Shown piece by piece: positions 28,352-37,688 of a stretch of 64,000 bases of DNA (position 1 is its first letter; every line of letters starts with the position of its first letter). The translations under genes were made by a program, and so were the position numbers. Source of the DNA: an uncultured Anaerolineales bacterium (lineage in GTDB: Bacteria; Chloroflexota; Anaerolineae; B4-G1); NCBI GenBank assembly GCA_964575455.1, contig CAZNRX010000007.1, forward strand, positions 2,252-66,251. Direction: 5' to 3'. The notes below the pieces were generated by a model. That model saw only the letters and a list, made by a program, of their open reading frames with translations. It was not told where the DNA came from and did not search any database.

Positions 28352-30760
28352 ATGACTACGTTTGTTGGACAGTCCGCCGCTCGCTTGGATGCGCGCGCCA
28401 AGGTCACGGGCGAGGCAAAGTACCCCGGCGATTTCGCTATGGAGGGTATGCTCCACGCCAAGATCCTCTTTGCCGGTCGGCCGCACGCTCGGGTGTTGAG
28501 CATCGACACGTCCGAAGCGGAGGATGTGCCGGGCGTGGTAGCGATCTTCACGGCCAGAGACGTGCCGGTGAACGAGTATGGCCTGCAGACGCGGGATCAA
28601 CCGGTGCTGTGTGGCCCCCCCCCTCTTGTCCCCCCCGGAGGGAGGGAGGATAGTGGCCCCTCTTCTCGTAACCCCCCTGGAGGGAGGGAGGATGGTGGTT
28701 CCCTCTCTCTTAACTCCCACGGAGGGAGCCCCCCCCTCGTATCCCCCCCGGAGGGAGGGAGGGAGGTGCCAGGAACTGATGTGGTCCGCTTCGTCGGTGA
28801 TCAGGTGGCTCTTGTGGTGGCGGAGAGCGAGGAGGCTGCTGCCCGCGCTCGAGGTCGGATCCACGTCGAGTATGAGGAATTGCCTTTCGTGACCGATCCC
28901 TTCCGAGCTCTTGAGCCAGACGCGCCGCAGCTCCACCCTGACCGACAGCCGAATGAAAGCCATCCGGAGTTGAGCACCGAGGGTAATCTCATCTGCCATC
29001 ATCAGATCCGCAAGGGCGACATGGACGCCGGGTGGGAGGCCGCGGACATCGTTGTCGAGGGTGAGTACCGAACGCCCGCTCAGGAGCACGCCTATCTGCA
29101 GCCGGAGGCTGGTCTCTCTTACATCGACGATCAGGGTCGTGTCACGGTGGTGGTGGCCGGCCAATGGACGTGGGAGGATCAACAGCAGATCGCACACGCA
29201 CTGGACCTACCACCAGAGCAGGTCCGAGTGATCTACCCGGCCATCGGAGGTGCCTTTGGTGGGCGCGAGGATATGTCCGTGCAGATCGTGCTGGCTCTGG
29301 CGGCCCATCGTCTGCAGCGCCCGGTCAAGATCGTCTGGAGCCGCGAGGAATCGATCGAGGGGCACTGCAAGCGGCATGCGATGTGGTTCCACTGCAAATG
29401 GGGCGCCACCCGGGAGGGAAAGCTGGTCGCCGCCGAGGTTCGAGTGATCGCCGATGGGGGCGCTTACTGCTACACCACCAACAAGGTGCTGGGCAACACA
29501 GCGATTACGTGCACGGGTCCCTACGAGTTTCCAAACGTCAAAGTTGACGTGGACGGCGTCTATACCAACAATCCACCGGCCGGGGCCTTCCGGGGCTTTG
29601 GAGCGCCGCAAGGCATCTTCGCTGCCGAGATGCAGATGAACAAACTGGTGGCCAAAATGGTTGGGGCGCTGGACGTGGACCCGGTTGGGCTGCGGGTCAA
29701 GAACTTGCTGCGTGATGACTCCCTGACCACGGTGCGCACCCCGCTGCCGGGTGGCGTCAGCCTGGTGGAGGTCACCCGGCGCTGTGCCCGTGCCATCGGA
29801 TGGAAGCAGACGGATGAGGAGGCGCCTGAGGCGCCATCGGGGTCGTCAGCGGCAGACACCCGCGAAGCGATTCGCAGTAAGCCCGACAGCGGCATTGGGC
29901 TGGCCGTTGGCTTCAAGAACGTCGGATTCTCCTTCGGGTATCAGGAGAGTTGCTGTGCCAGGATCGAGCTGCAGGGTGAGGAGGAGATCGAGCGAGCTAC
30001 CGTCAGCATTGGAAGTGCCGACGTGGGGCAGGGGGCTCATACCGTGATCCGGCAGATGGCGGCTGAGGCGCTTGACGTACCGTTGACGCGGGTGCGCATG
30101 GAGACATCGGACACGGGTACCAGCCCAGGCAGTGCCGGCTCCACGTCCGCATCCCGGATGACCTTCATGGCGGGCAACGCTGTGCGGAAGGCAGCGGGGG
30201 AGGTGCTGAACCGCTGGCGGAAGGGAGAGCGTCCGGCCATCACCGAGCAGACCTATCTGGCCCCAAGCACCACGCATTTTGATCCAGAGACGGGCGAGGG
30301 TCTGCCCAATTTCGCCTACGGGTACGTGGCGCAGGCCGTGGAGGTCGCGGTCGATGTGGAAACCGGCGAATTGGAGATCCGACGCGTCGTCTGCGTCGAT
30401 GACGTGGGCAAGGCGGTCAATCCTCAGCAGGTTGAAGGGCAGATTGAGGGGGGTGTGGCGCAGGCGGTGGGCTGGGCCACGTGTGAGAACTTCATCACCG
30501 ACGAGGGACGCGTGCTCACGCCACATCTGAGCACGTATCTGATCCCCACCATCGCCGACGTGCCGCGAAGCGTTGAATCGATCGTCGTGGAGAATCCAGA
30601 TCCTTGCGGCCCCTGGGGTGTGCGCGGGATGGGTGAGATGCCCTTCATCCCCCTGGCCCCGGCCCTGGTCGCTGCCGTCCACGACGCGACTGGGGTGTGG
30701 ATTGACGAGCTACCGCTGACCCCAGAGCGCGTGCTATGCGCCTTGAAGGGTCGTTCGTAG
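28352..30760 (+). CDS. Xanthine-dehydrogenase-family molybdopterin-binding large subunit (CoxL/XdhA-like)
   Basis: 802 aa with Ald_Xan_dh_C and C2 domain motifs (GGAFGGRED; GxGxPQG active-site region AFRGFGAPQG). Has a 55-aa in-frame insertion at 28613-28774. Confidence 0.85.
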   Translation: MTTFVGQSAARLDARAKVTGEAKYPGDFAMEGMLHAKILFAGRPHARVLSIDTSEAEDVPGVVAIFTARDVPVNEYGLQTRDQPVLCGPPPLVPPGGREDSGPSSRNPPGGREDGGSLSLNSHGGSPPLVSPPEGGREVPGTDVVRFVGDQVALVVAESEEAAARARGRIHVEYEELPFVTDPFRALEPDAPQLHPDRQPNESHPELSTEGNLICHHQIRKGDMDAGWEAADIVVEGEYRTPAQEHAYLQPEAGLSYIDDQGRVTVVVAGQWTWEDQQQIAHALDLPPEQVRVIYPAIGGAFGGREDMSVQIVLALAAHRLQRPVKIVWSREESIEGHCKRHAMWFHCKWGATREGKLVAAEVRVIADGGAYCYTTNKVLGNTAITCTGPYEFPNVKVDVDGVYTNNPPAGAFRGFGAPQGIFAAEMQMNKLVAKMVGALDVDPVGLRVKNLLRDDSLTTVRTPLPGGVSLVEVTRRCARAIGWKQTDEEAPEAPSGSSAADTREAIRSKPDSGIGLAVGFKNVGFSFGYQESCCARIELQGEEEIERATVSIGSADVGQGAHTVIRQMAAEALDVPLTRVRMETSDTGTSPGSAGSTSASRMTFMAGNAVRKAAGEVLNRWRKGERPAITEQTYLAPSTTHFDPETGEGLPNFAYGYVAQAVEVAVDVETGELEIRRVVCVDDVGKAVNPQQVEGQIEGGVAQAVGWATCENFITDEGRVLTPHLSTYLIPTIADVPRSVESIVVENPDPCGPWGVRGMGEMPFIPLAPALVAAVHDATGVWIDELPLTPERVLCALKGRS
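28613..28774 (+). repeat. In-frame repeat insertion: about 4 tandem ~40-bp units CCCTCTTNTC-C6-7-NGGAGGGAGGGAGGAT, with a C10 run
   Basis: Encodes GPPPLVPPGGREDSGPSSRNPPGGREDGGSLSLNSHGGSPPLVSPPEGGREV between the conserved DQPVL and VRFVGD blocks. Confidence 0.85.
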
Positions 30761-30847
30761 TCAGACACGCAGCCGTGCGGAGTGCTGTCCAACCGCAATG
30801 GTTCTCGTGGTTGGTAGTCAGGCACGGAGCCGCGCGGAGTGCCGTCC
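30758..30847. repeat. Two imperfect ~33-bp direct repeats (TAGTCAGRCACGSAGCCGYGCGGAGTGCYGTCC) flanking a CCAACC/GGTTGG hairpin, starting at the XDH large-subunit stop codon
   Basis: Read directly. Candidate terminator or leader structure between the XDH operon and the histidine kinase gene. Confidence 0.6.
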
Positions 30848-30877
30848 GTATATTGAAGGTACTGAAGGCAATTCACT

Positions 30878-33334
30878 ATGAGGCGACGATATCTTTCTGC
30901 TATCTATCTCGTAGCTGGCCTGGTGGTGTTGGGGCTTCTGATCTGGCTGACTGCCAACGCTAGCATGGTCACCCCACCCACCCCGGAAGAGCTCCTGTCA
31001 GGGGCGCTGTTCATCGCGATGATCATCTTCACCGATGTCTTCGGCGTGCGCCTGGCGGGAGGCGTCGTGTCGCTGCTGCCGATGACGACGGTTGCGGCCT
31101 ACCTGGTGATGGGGCCGATAGCGACGGGATGGGCTGCGTTGATAGGCGCCGGCGTGCACGCCGTGCTCCGCTACCGCTGGGCCGAGCGGCTGGGACTCCC
31201 GCGGGTGACGGGCATCCCATCGATCATCACCATAGGCGCGGCGAACGCAGTGGCACACACGGTGAGCGTGTTAGTGGGCGGTGTGGTCTTCCAGGCACTT
31301 CAGGGGGAGATACCCTTAACTCGAATTGATCCCCAGGATGTCCTGGCGCTGGTGTTGTTCGCTCTCACCTACTTGCTCTTCAATCACCTGGCCTTCCTGC
31401 CCGCCATCGCGGCGCGGGGTCGGGAGTCGCTGCGACACTACGCGCACTCGCTCCCCAACCTGATCTTCTACGAGGGGAGCCCGTTGACCCTGGCGCCTCT
31501 GATGGCGTTGATCCACACGCGGCTGGGTGTGGTGATGTTTGCCCTTTTCGCCCTCAGCATGGTCGTCGCTTCGTTGATCACGCGCAGCTTGGCGCAGACC
31601 AGTCAGCGACTCCAGCGCCGGGTGAGAGAGCTGCGTGGCCTCCAGGCAGTGGGGCAAGCTCTCAGCGCCAACCTGGACATCGAGGCCGTGGTGTCGGCGA
31701 TCTACGAGCAGGTTGCCCGGCTTATGCCCGCTCGCAACTTCTACGTCTCCCTCTACGATCCGCAGGTGGATGAGGTCTCGTTCCCGCTGGCCGTGGAGGA
31801 GGGAGAGCATGTGCAGTGGCGCTCGCGCCGAACGGGCTCCGGCCTCACGGAATACGTCCTGCACAGCCGGGAACCCCTGTTGATGAGGAGCGATGTTGGG
31901 GCTAAGCTCGACAAGCTTGACGTCGACTCCATCGGCAAGCCGGCCGAGTGTTGGCTTGGCGTGCCAATCTTGGCAGCGGACGAGGTGCTTGGCGTCATAG
32001 CTGTCCAGTCGTACGATGCAGCGGAGGCCTACGACCTACCCCATCAGAGGGTGCTCACCACCATCGCTGCCCAGGCCGCTGTGGCCATCCAGAATGCCCG
32101 CCTCTACGAACGCACCGACGAGGCGCTGGCCCGCCGGGTGCAGGAGCTGGACTCCATTCTCAGAACCGCCAGGGAGGGCATCATGCTGCTGGATACGGAC
32201 TGGCGTATCGTGGCGGCTAACCGCGCGCTAGCTGACCTCTTGGACGTCGCTCAGCTAGAGCTGCTTGGACAGATCTTCGAGACCCCTGGAGGAGAGGATA
32301 ACCAGCCTCTGGTGAGGCTGCTGGGATACAGCGAAGAGGATCTGAGGAGCGACTGTCAGAGCCTGAGGGACGCAGGGGAGGGCGAGGCCGCTGACCCAGT
32401 GGCTGACGCTCCGGTGGCCGCCCACCCGCACGTCGGGGTCAAGCAGGCGATCGTCACTCTGAGCGCATCGGGTCGCCACATCGAGCGGACGTTGACGCCG
32501 GTGCGAGGCCAGAAAGGCGTCATCACTGGTTGGCTGCTTGTCCTCCGAGACGTCACCGAAGAGATCGAGCTGGGGCGCCTGAAGGACGATATGACGTACA
32601 TGTTGGTCCACGACCTGCGCTCGCCACTCACGGTGTTGGGCAACAGCTTCACCCTCATGGAGGAGGCTTTCGCCGAGGACGACTCAGAGCTGTTCAAGAC
32701 CTTTATCGACATGGCGCAGCGGAGCAGCGATCGCATGTTGGGCCTGGTCAACGGCCTTCTCGACGTCAGCGAGCTCGAGAGCGATGAGATCGATTTGAGC
32801 CTTGAGGCCGTGGATCCGAGAACCTTGCTGCAGGAGACTGTCACACAGCTGTCTCCGCTGGCGGCCTCGGCTCAGATCACGATCGAGGTCTCCGTCGCCG
32901 CCGACCTCCCGCCACTCCACGTGGACGTGGGATTGATCAGACGTGTGCTGAACAATCTCATCGACAACGCCATCAAGTTCGCCCCCGATGGCAGCTGGGT
33001 CCGGGTGTGGGCTCGGCCTGACCCAGAGAGCGCACGGCTAGAGGTCCAACCACGGGAGATTCGGCTGCATCAACTGCTGATCGGCGTCAGCGATGAGGGC
33101 CCTGGCATACCGGAGGAGGAGCAGTCCAAGCTGTTCGAGAAGTTCCACCGTGTCTCCTCGGTGACAGGGCGCCGTTCCGGGAGCGGGCTGGGGCTCCCCT
33201 TCTGCAAGCTGGCCGTGGAGGCGCACGGGGGTAGGATCTGGGTGGAGAGCCCCTCCGGCGGAATCGCGTCCACCGAGGTGGGAAGCACGTTCTTGATGAA
33301 GCTGCCTACGGTACCATCCGATTCATCACGCTGA
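30878..33334 (+). CDS. Sensor histidine kinase (N-terminal ~8-TM domain, GAF, PAS, HisKA, HATPase_c)
   Basis: N-terminal hydrophobic helices; GAF region ending ...IQNARLYERTDEA; H-box HDLRSPLTV; N/G boxes NLIDNAIKFAP and GSGLGLPFCK. Confidence 0.8.
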   Translation: MRRRYLSAIYLVAGLVVLGLLIWLTANASMVTPPTPEELLSGALFIAMIIFTDVFGVRLAGGVVSLLPMTTVAAYLVMGPIATGWAALIGAGVHAVLRYRWAERLGLPRVTGIPSIITIGAANAVAHTVSVLVGGVVFQALQGEIPLTRIDPQDVLALVLFALTYLLFNHLAFLPAIAARGRESLRHYAHSLPNLIFYEGSPLTLAPLMALIHTRLGVVMFALFALSMVVASLITRSLAQTSQRLQRRVRELRGLQAVGQALSANLDIEAVVSAIYEQVARLMPARNFYVSLYDPQVDEVSFPLAVEEGEHVQWRSRRTGSGLTEYVLHSREPLLMRSDVGAKLDKLDVDSIGKPAECWLGVPILAADEVLGVIAVQSYDAAEAYDLPHQRVLTTIAAQAAVAIQNARLYERTDEALARRVQELDSILRTAREGIMLLDTDWRIVAANRALADLLDVAQLELLGQIFETPGGEDNQPLVRLLGYSEEDLRSDCQSLRDAGEGEAADPVADAPVAAHPHVGVKQAIVTLSASGRHIERTLTPVRGQKGVITGWLLVLRDVTEEIELGRLKDDMTYMLVHDLRSPLTVLGNSFTLMEEAFAEDDSELFKTFIDMAQRSSDRMLGLVNGLLDVSELESDEIDLSLEAVDPRTLLQETVTQLSPLAASAQITIEVSVAADLPPLHVDVGLIRRVLNNLIDNAIKFAPDGSWVRVWARPDPESARLEVQPREIRLHQLLIGVSDEGPGIPEEEQSKLFEKFHRVSSVTGRRSGSGLGLPFCKLAVEAHGGRIWVESPSGGIASTEVGSTFLMKLPTVPSDSSR

Positions 33335-33464
33335 CGCAGGTCTCGTTCCTTCGAAACGGGGGGCGCCCCGGAGCACAGTCGCGGCCCTGAGGTGCGAGCA
33401 GGCCTTCCCATCACGCGCTGTTCCTGCACGGTCGTTCCCTTTCTTCGAGTGTTCGACGCTCTGG

Positions 33465-34337
33465 CTACCAGCGCAGTTCCACAGGATCGCCCGGCTGGAG
33501 GCCCAGTCTCTCGGCGCCGCTTCCCTCGCGCACGGCGATCTCCAGGTGCCCGCCGCTGCCCACCAGGGCCAGTGCGTCGCCGGGTTCAACGTCGGCGTAG
33601 GTACGGCGCACGCTCTCTATCTCCCGACCCTCGGTTTGGGGGCCACCGGAACCAAGGGCAACTACAGCCTCGTCGGCCGTAAGACGAGCCCGCTCGTCGC
33701 TTTGCTGTCGAAACGCTGGCTCCAGTGAGAGCTCGTCCCCTCTCCAGAGAAGACGCCCTATGCTCGTGATCGCGTTGCCGAAGTGGTCCGTGTGGAGGAC
33801 TTCGCCGCCGATGTGACGGGGGCCTGTCTCCAGGCGTGGAGGTGGGAGCACGACCGGGTCGGGCACTGTCGGGCCGAGTTCGTCGACGGGGACGCCGGCC
33901 GCCAGGTGGGCAGCAGCGGGGGCAAAGATGTCGCGCCCGTGGAAGGTCTGGCTCACCAGGGGGAGCCGATGGCGCGGTTCAGTGAGCTCGACGGTGGTCT
34001 CCACGGCCCCCTCGGCCATGACGTAGCTGAAGACGCCGTTGTCGGGTCCGACGAAGGTGCCGTGGGAAAGCCGGACGGCGATGGGGCGACGCGCGCTGCC
34101 GACGCCGGGGTCCACCACCACCAGATGGACGGACCCCGAGGGGAAGAAACGATACGCGGTGTGGAGAACGTACGCCGTCTGGCGGACGTTCTGACGTGTG
34201 ATGTCGTGCGTGATGTCCACCAAACGAGCATGCGGGGCGATATTGAGCATGACGCCCTTCATCGTTCCCACGTAGCCATCGGCGATGCCGAAATCTGTGG
34301 TCAGAGTGATGATCGGCCATTTATTCATACACTGCAT
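33465..34337 (-). CDS. SAM hydroxide adenosyltransferase / SAM hydrolase (DUF62, fluorinase/chlorinase-like family)
   Basis: N-terminal ITLTTDFGIADGYVGTMKGV matches the family signature. About 290 aa from MQCM. Confidence 0.75.
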   Translation of the reverse strand: MQCMNKWPIITLTTDFGIADGYVGTMKGVMLNIAPHARLVDITHDITRQNVRQTAYVLHTAYRFFPSGSVHLVVVDPGVGSARRPIAVRLSHGTFVGPDNGVFSYVMAEGAVETTVELTEPRHRLPLVSQTFHGRDIFAPAAAHLAAGVPVDELGPTVPDPVVLPPPRLETGPRHIGGEVLHTDHFGNAITSIGRLLWRGDELSLEPAFRQQSDERARLTADEAVVALGSGGPQTEGREIESVRRTYADVEPGDALALVGSGGHLEIAVREGSGAERLGLQPGDPVELRW

Positions 34338-34500
34338 TCTACCTACGGCTGCAGGTCTCGTCAACTCACTCCGGCTTGACCGTCGGGTGGGTGTCGGTAT
34401 AATTGATCTTGAACACTCACGTTGTCTACACCATAGACGCAATATCCTCGTACACGGCACCCGTCACCGATATCTGAGATGCACCGAGGGAGGTTTGGAG

Positions 34501-34812
34501 ATGGCGAACATACTCGAAAAGACGTTGCTCATGGGATTGGGCGTCTTCACCCTGACGCGCGAGAAGGTGAGGGAGGCCGTCAACGAGCTGGTGGAGGAGG
34601 AAGGGGTCGAGCCCGAGGAGGCTCAGAAGCTGGCCGATGCCTTGGCGGCCAAGGGGGAGCAGGAGCGCGAGAAGCTCCGCGGCGAACTCCGCGACATGGT
34701 CCGCCAGGAGATGAGCCGCGTCAAACCTGTCACGCAGAGGGAGTTCGAGGCGCTGAAGCAGAAGGTAGACGAGCTGGCAGACAAGATCGACACCCTGGTG
34801 GAGTCGGAGTGA
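34501..34812 (+). CDS. Phasin-like / PHA-granule-associated-type coiled-coil protein
   Basis: 103-aa charged helical protein (MANILEKTLLMGLGVF...), GGAGG RBS. The track ORF has a spurious 72-aa leader. Confidence 0.45.
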   Translation: MANILEKTLLMGLGVFTLTREKVREAVNELVEEEGVEPEEAQKLADALAAKGEQEREKLRGELRDMVRQEMSRVKPVTQREFEALKQKVDELADKIDTLVESE

Positions 34813-34846
34813 GGAAGAAGGCCATGGTGACGGCGGGCCGAAGGAC

Positions 34847-35746
34847 ATGACGGCGTCAAGGGAGAGCGAGGGGAGACCCAAGATCGGCCTGGCTCTCAGC
34901 GGAGGAGGCGCGCGGGGTTTGGCCCACATCGGCGTGCTCAAGGTGCTTGAGCAAGAAGGGATGTCGATCGACTTGCTGGCGGGCACCAGTATGGGTGGGG
35001 TGGTGGCAGCGGCCTACGCCGCTGGGCTGACGCCTGGTTTTATGGAGCAGGAGGCCATGCGAATGACCAACCCGCGTCGGCTGCTGTCCCTGGCCGATCC
35101 AACCCTGCCGCGACGCGGGTTGTTTGAGGGACAGAAGGTGACCGAGTATCTGAGCCATCATCTGGGGGAATGCACCTTCGACAGCCTTCGGCGCCCTCTC
35201 AGCCTGATCGCCGTTGATCTGGAGGCGAGTGAGGTCGTGACGTTGAACGAGGGCCAGGTGATCGACGCCGTGCGGGCGACTATCGCTCTGCCAGGGCTCT
35301 TCAAACCGGTGGAACGGGAGTCACAGAGCGAGTCGCGGAGCGACAGGCAACTGCTTGTTGATGGAGGGCTGCTGGACAACCTTCCCGCCGACGTGACACG
35401 ACAGATGGGGGCTGACGTTGTGATCGCCGTGGATGTGATAGGCGACAACAGCACCTTCTCCGCGATGATCAAGACGTTACGTGAGCGTCGCTACGTGCCC
35501 GGCGGGCTGGCCAGTACCTTTGAGGTCATGCTGCGCTCGCTGGACGTCATGATGAAGGAGATCAATCGGCGCTGCCTGGTGGAAGCTGCTCCTGAGATCA
35601 TTATTCGCCCCGACGTCCCGCCGGACGTCAGCGTGCTGCTCGGCTTCACGCGGGCTGCCGATACAATAGCTATTGGGGAGAAGGCTGCTGTAGAGGCCCT
35701 TTCGGACATCCGGAGCGTGCTGGAGGCGACGGCGCCGGCAGTATGA
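34847..35746 (+). CDS. Patatin-like phospholipase
   Basis: GGGARG oxyanion motif, GTSMG (GxSxG) nucleophile, DGG catalytic Asp motif. Confidence 0.85.
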   Translation: MTASRESEGRPKIGLALSGGGARGLAHIGVLKVLEQEGMSIDLLAGTSMGGVVAAAYAAGLTPGFMEQEAMRMTNPRRLLSLADPTLPRRGLFEGQKVTEYLSHHLGECTFDSLRRPLSLIAVDLEASEVVTLNEGQVIDAVRATIALPGLFKPVERESQSESRSDRQLLVDGGLLDNLPADVTRQMGADVVIAVDVIGDNSTFSAMIKTLRERRYVPGGLASTFEVMLRSLDVMMKEINRRCLVEAAPEIIIRPDVPPDVSVLLGFTRAADTIAIGEKAAVEALSDIRSVLEATAPAV

Positions 35747-35905
35747 GCGGTCTGACACGCCAGGGCGACAAGGCGATAAAGCGAGAAGGCGCCAAAGCGA
35801 CTATGACAGACAGGAACAAGCCGCGGAGCTTCTGCAGCCGTGAGGTTTCGGCGCGTACGGCTTGCTTCGCGAGCAGATAAGTCCTAGGCCGCGCACGAGG
35901 CTACG

Positions 35906-37678
35906 GTGGTGAGAGGTCCTCAACGTACGATCCGGCATCTGAGGCGCTATCAAGAGATTGCGGAGGTCTTCATACGTCACGGCCTCGGTGAATTGGTCGA
36001 CCTGCTGGAACTGCAACCTTATCTGGCGTTTCCCCGCCGGCTGGTGCGCCAATGGCGTGAGGAGGCACCGCCGCTTGGCGCTCCTCAGCGCCTCCGTCTG
36101 GCGCTGGAGGAGCTGGGGCCGACGTTCATCAAGTTGGGTCAGGTACTCAGCACACGCCCCGATCTGATACCTCCCGCCTACGTCGCTGAACTGGCCAAGC
36201 TGCAGGATACCGTCCCCCCGGAGCCTTGGGAGCCTGTTCGAGAGCAGATCGAATCCGAGCTGGGCAAGCCGGTCACAGAGCTGTTTGCCATCCTTGAGGA
36301 GGAGCCCATCGCGGCCGCTTCGTTGGCCCAGGTCCACTCGGCGACGCTGTATGAGCCCCCCCCTCTTGTCCCCCCCAGTGGGGGGGAGGGTGACGGTGCT
36401 CCCCATCCTGTCCCTCCCAGTGGGGGGGAGGGTGCCCCTGTGGTCGTCAAGGTACAGCGGCCCGACATCGAGGAGGTCATTGACGTCGATCTGGAGATCC
36501 TTCAAGATGTGGCGGAGCTGCTGGAGGGACGTGTGCCACTGGCAAGGATGTACGACCTGCCGGAGATCGCGCGGGGGTTCGCTGCGACGCTGCGCATGGA
36601 GCTGGACTTCTATCGAGAAGCCCATAACGCTGAACGCTTTCGAGAGAACTTCGCCGGCAACCCCTATCTGTACGTGCCTGAGGTCATCGGCTTAGCTTCG
36701 CACGCTGGGGACTTCACCACACGGCGCGTGCTGGTCATGGAACGCATCGATGGCATCAAGATTGACGACGTGAAGGCCCTGGACGAGGCAGGGTACGACC
36801 GACATCAGATCGCCGTCCACGCAGCCCAGATGGTGCTCAAGGAGGTGCTCGAAGATGGCTTCTTCCACGCCGATCCGCACCCTGGCAACTTCGTCGTCAT
36901 GCCTGGGGAGGTCATCGGTGCGATGGACTTCGGGCTCGTTGGGCATTTGAGCTATGGTCTGCGTTCCGATCTGACGCGTCTTTACATCGCTGTTGTGCAG
37001 ATGGACACACAGAGCGTTGTCGATCAGCTCATCCGTATGGGCGCGACCACGAAGTCCGTCAATAGAGTGGCCCTTCAGCGGGATCTGGCTCGTCTTTTGC
37101 GGAAGTACCGCGGGCTGCCGCTGCAGGCGATCAGCGCCCAGGAGGTGATGCGGGACGCGACCCCTGTTGCCTTTCGTCATCATCTGCGGTTGCCTTCGGA
37201 GCTGTGGCTGTTGGGTAAGACGCTGGCCATGTTGGAGGGGGTAGCCCTCAGGCTGGATCCCGATTTCGACATCATTGCCTTCTCCAGGCCTCACATCCGA
37301 CGTTTCCTGATGCAGTTAGTCCTTCCACGTAATCTAGCGCCAAGGCTGATCAAGGCAGGGGGAGATTGGAGTGACTTGTTCAGCCTCCTGCCCCGCATCG
37401 GCTCACAGCTTCTGGTCCAAGCCGAGCGAGGGGAGCTTGGGATGACGCTTGAGCACAAGGGCCTGGATCAGGCATTGAGCCGTCTGGATCGGTCGGCGAA
37501 TCGCATCTCGCTGAGCGTTCTCCTGGCTGCCCTCATCGTGGGGCTGGCTTTGGTCATTCCGGCCTTCAACCTGGCGGAGGAGGTTGGTTTGGCGACCATT
37601 GTGGTCATTGTCGGCTTTGTAGGCGTCAGTTTGTTGGGTATTTGGCTCGCTTTCTCCATTTGGCGTTCAAATAGGTAG
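35906..37678 (+). CDS. UbiB/ABC1-family atypical protein kinase
   Basis: ABC1 domain (LGPTFIKLGQVLSTRPDLIP...AAASLAQVH...KVQRPDI...HADPHPGN). Two C-terminal TM helices. Contains in-frame repeat insertions. Confidence 0.85.
   Translation: MVRGPQRTIRHLRRYQEIAEVFIRHGLGELVDLLELQPYLAFPRRLVRQWREEAPPLGAPQRLRLALEELGPTFIKLGQVLSTRPDLIPPAYVAELAKLQDTVPPEPWEPVREQIESELGKPVTELFAILEEEPIAAASLAQVHSATLYEPPPLVPPSGGEGDGAPHPVPPSGGEGAPVVVKVQRPDIEEVIDVDLEILQDVAELLEGRVPLARMYDLPEIARGFAATLRMELDFYREAHNAERFRENFAGNPYLYVPEVIGLASHAGDFTTRRVLVMERIDGIKIDDVKALDEAGYDRHQIAVHAAQMVLKEVLEDGFFHADPHPGNFVVMPGEVIGAMDFGLVGHLSYGLRSDLTRLYIAVVQMDTQSVVDQLIRMGATTKSVNRVALQRDLARLLRKYRGLPLQAISAQEVMRDATPVAFRHHLRLPSELWLLGKTLAMLEGVALRLDPDFDIIAFSRPHIRRFLMQLVLPRNLAPRLIKAGGDWSDLFSLLPRIGSQLLVQAERGELGMTLEHKGLDQALSRLDRSANRISLSVLLAALIVGLALVIPAFNLAEEVGLATIVVIVGFVGVSLLGIWLAFSIWRSNR
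36355..36442 (+). repeat. In-frame repeat insertion: 2 units of C7TCTTGTC7-AGT-G7AGGG
   Basis: Encodes PPPLVPPSGGEGDGAPHPVPPSGGEGA between the conserved AQVH and VKVQRP blocks of UbiB. Confidence 0.85.
36689..36718 (+). repeat. GGCTTAGCTTCGCACGCT-family element inside the UbiB ORF (in-frame, about 9 aa GLASHAGDF)
   Basis: Matches the start of the intergenic elements at 26221 and 28285. Sits between the conserved PEV and TTRRVLVME blocks. Confidence 0.6.
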
Positions 37679-37688
37679 GGGTCTTAAG

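Noticed and set aside
33335-33464. Intrinsic terminator at the convergent junction between the histidine kinase and the SAM-hydrolase genes (GGGGCGCCCC palindrome).
   Set aside because: The stem is short with no U-tract, and GC-rich palindromes like this occur by chance. Left unannotated.
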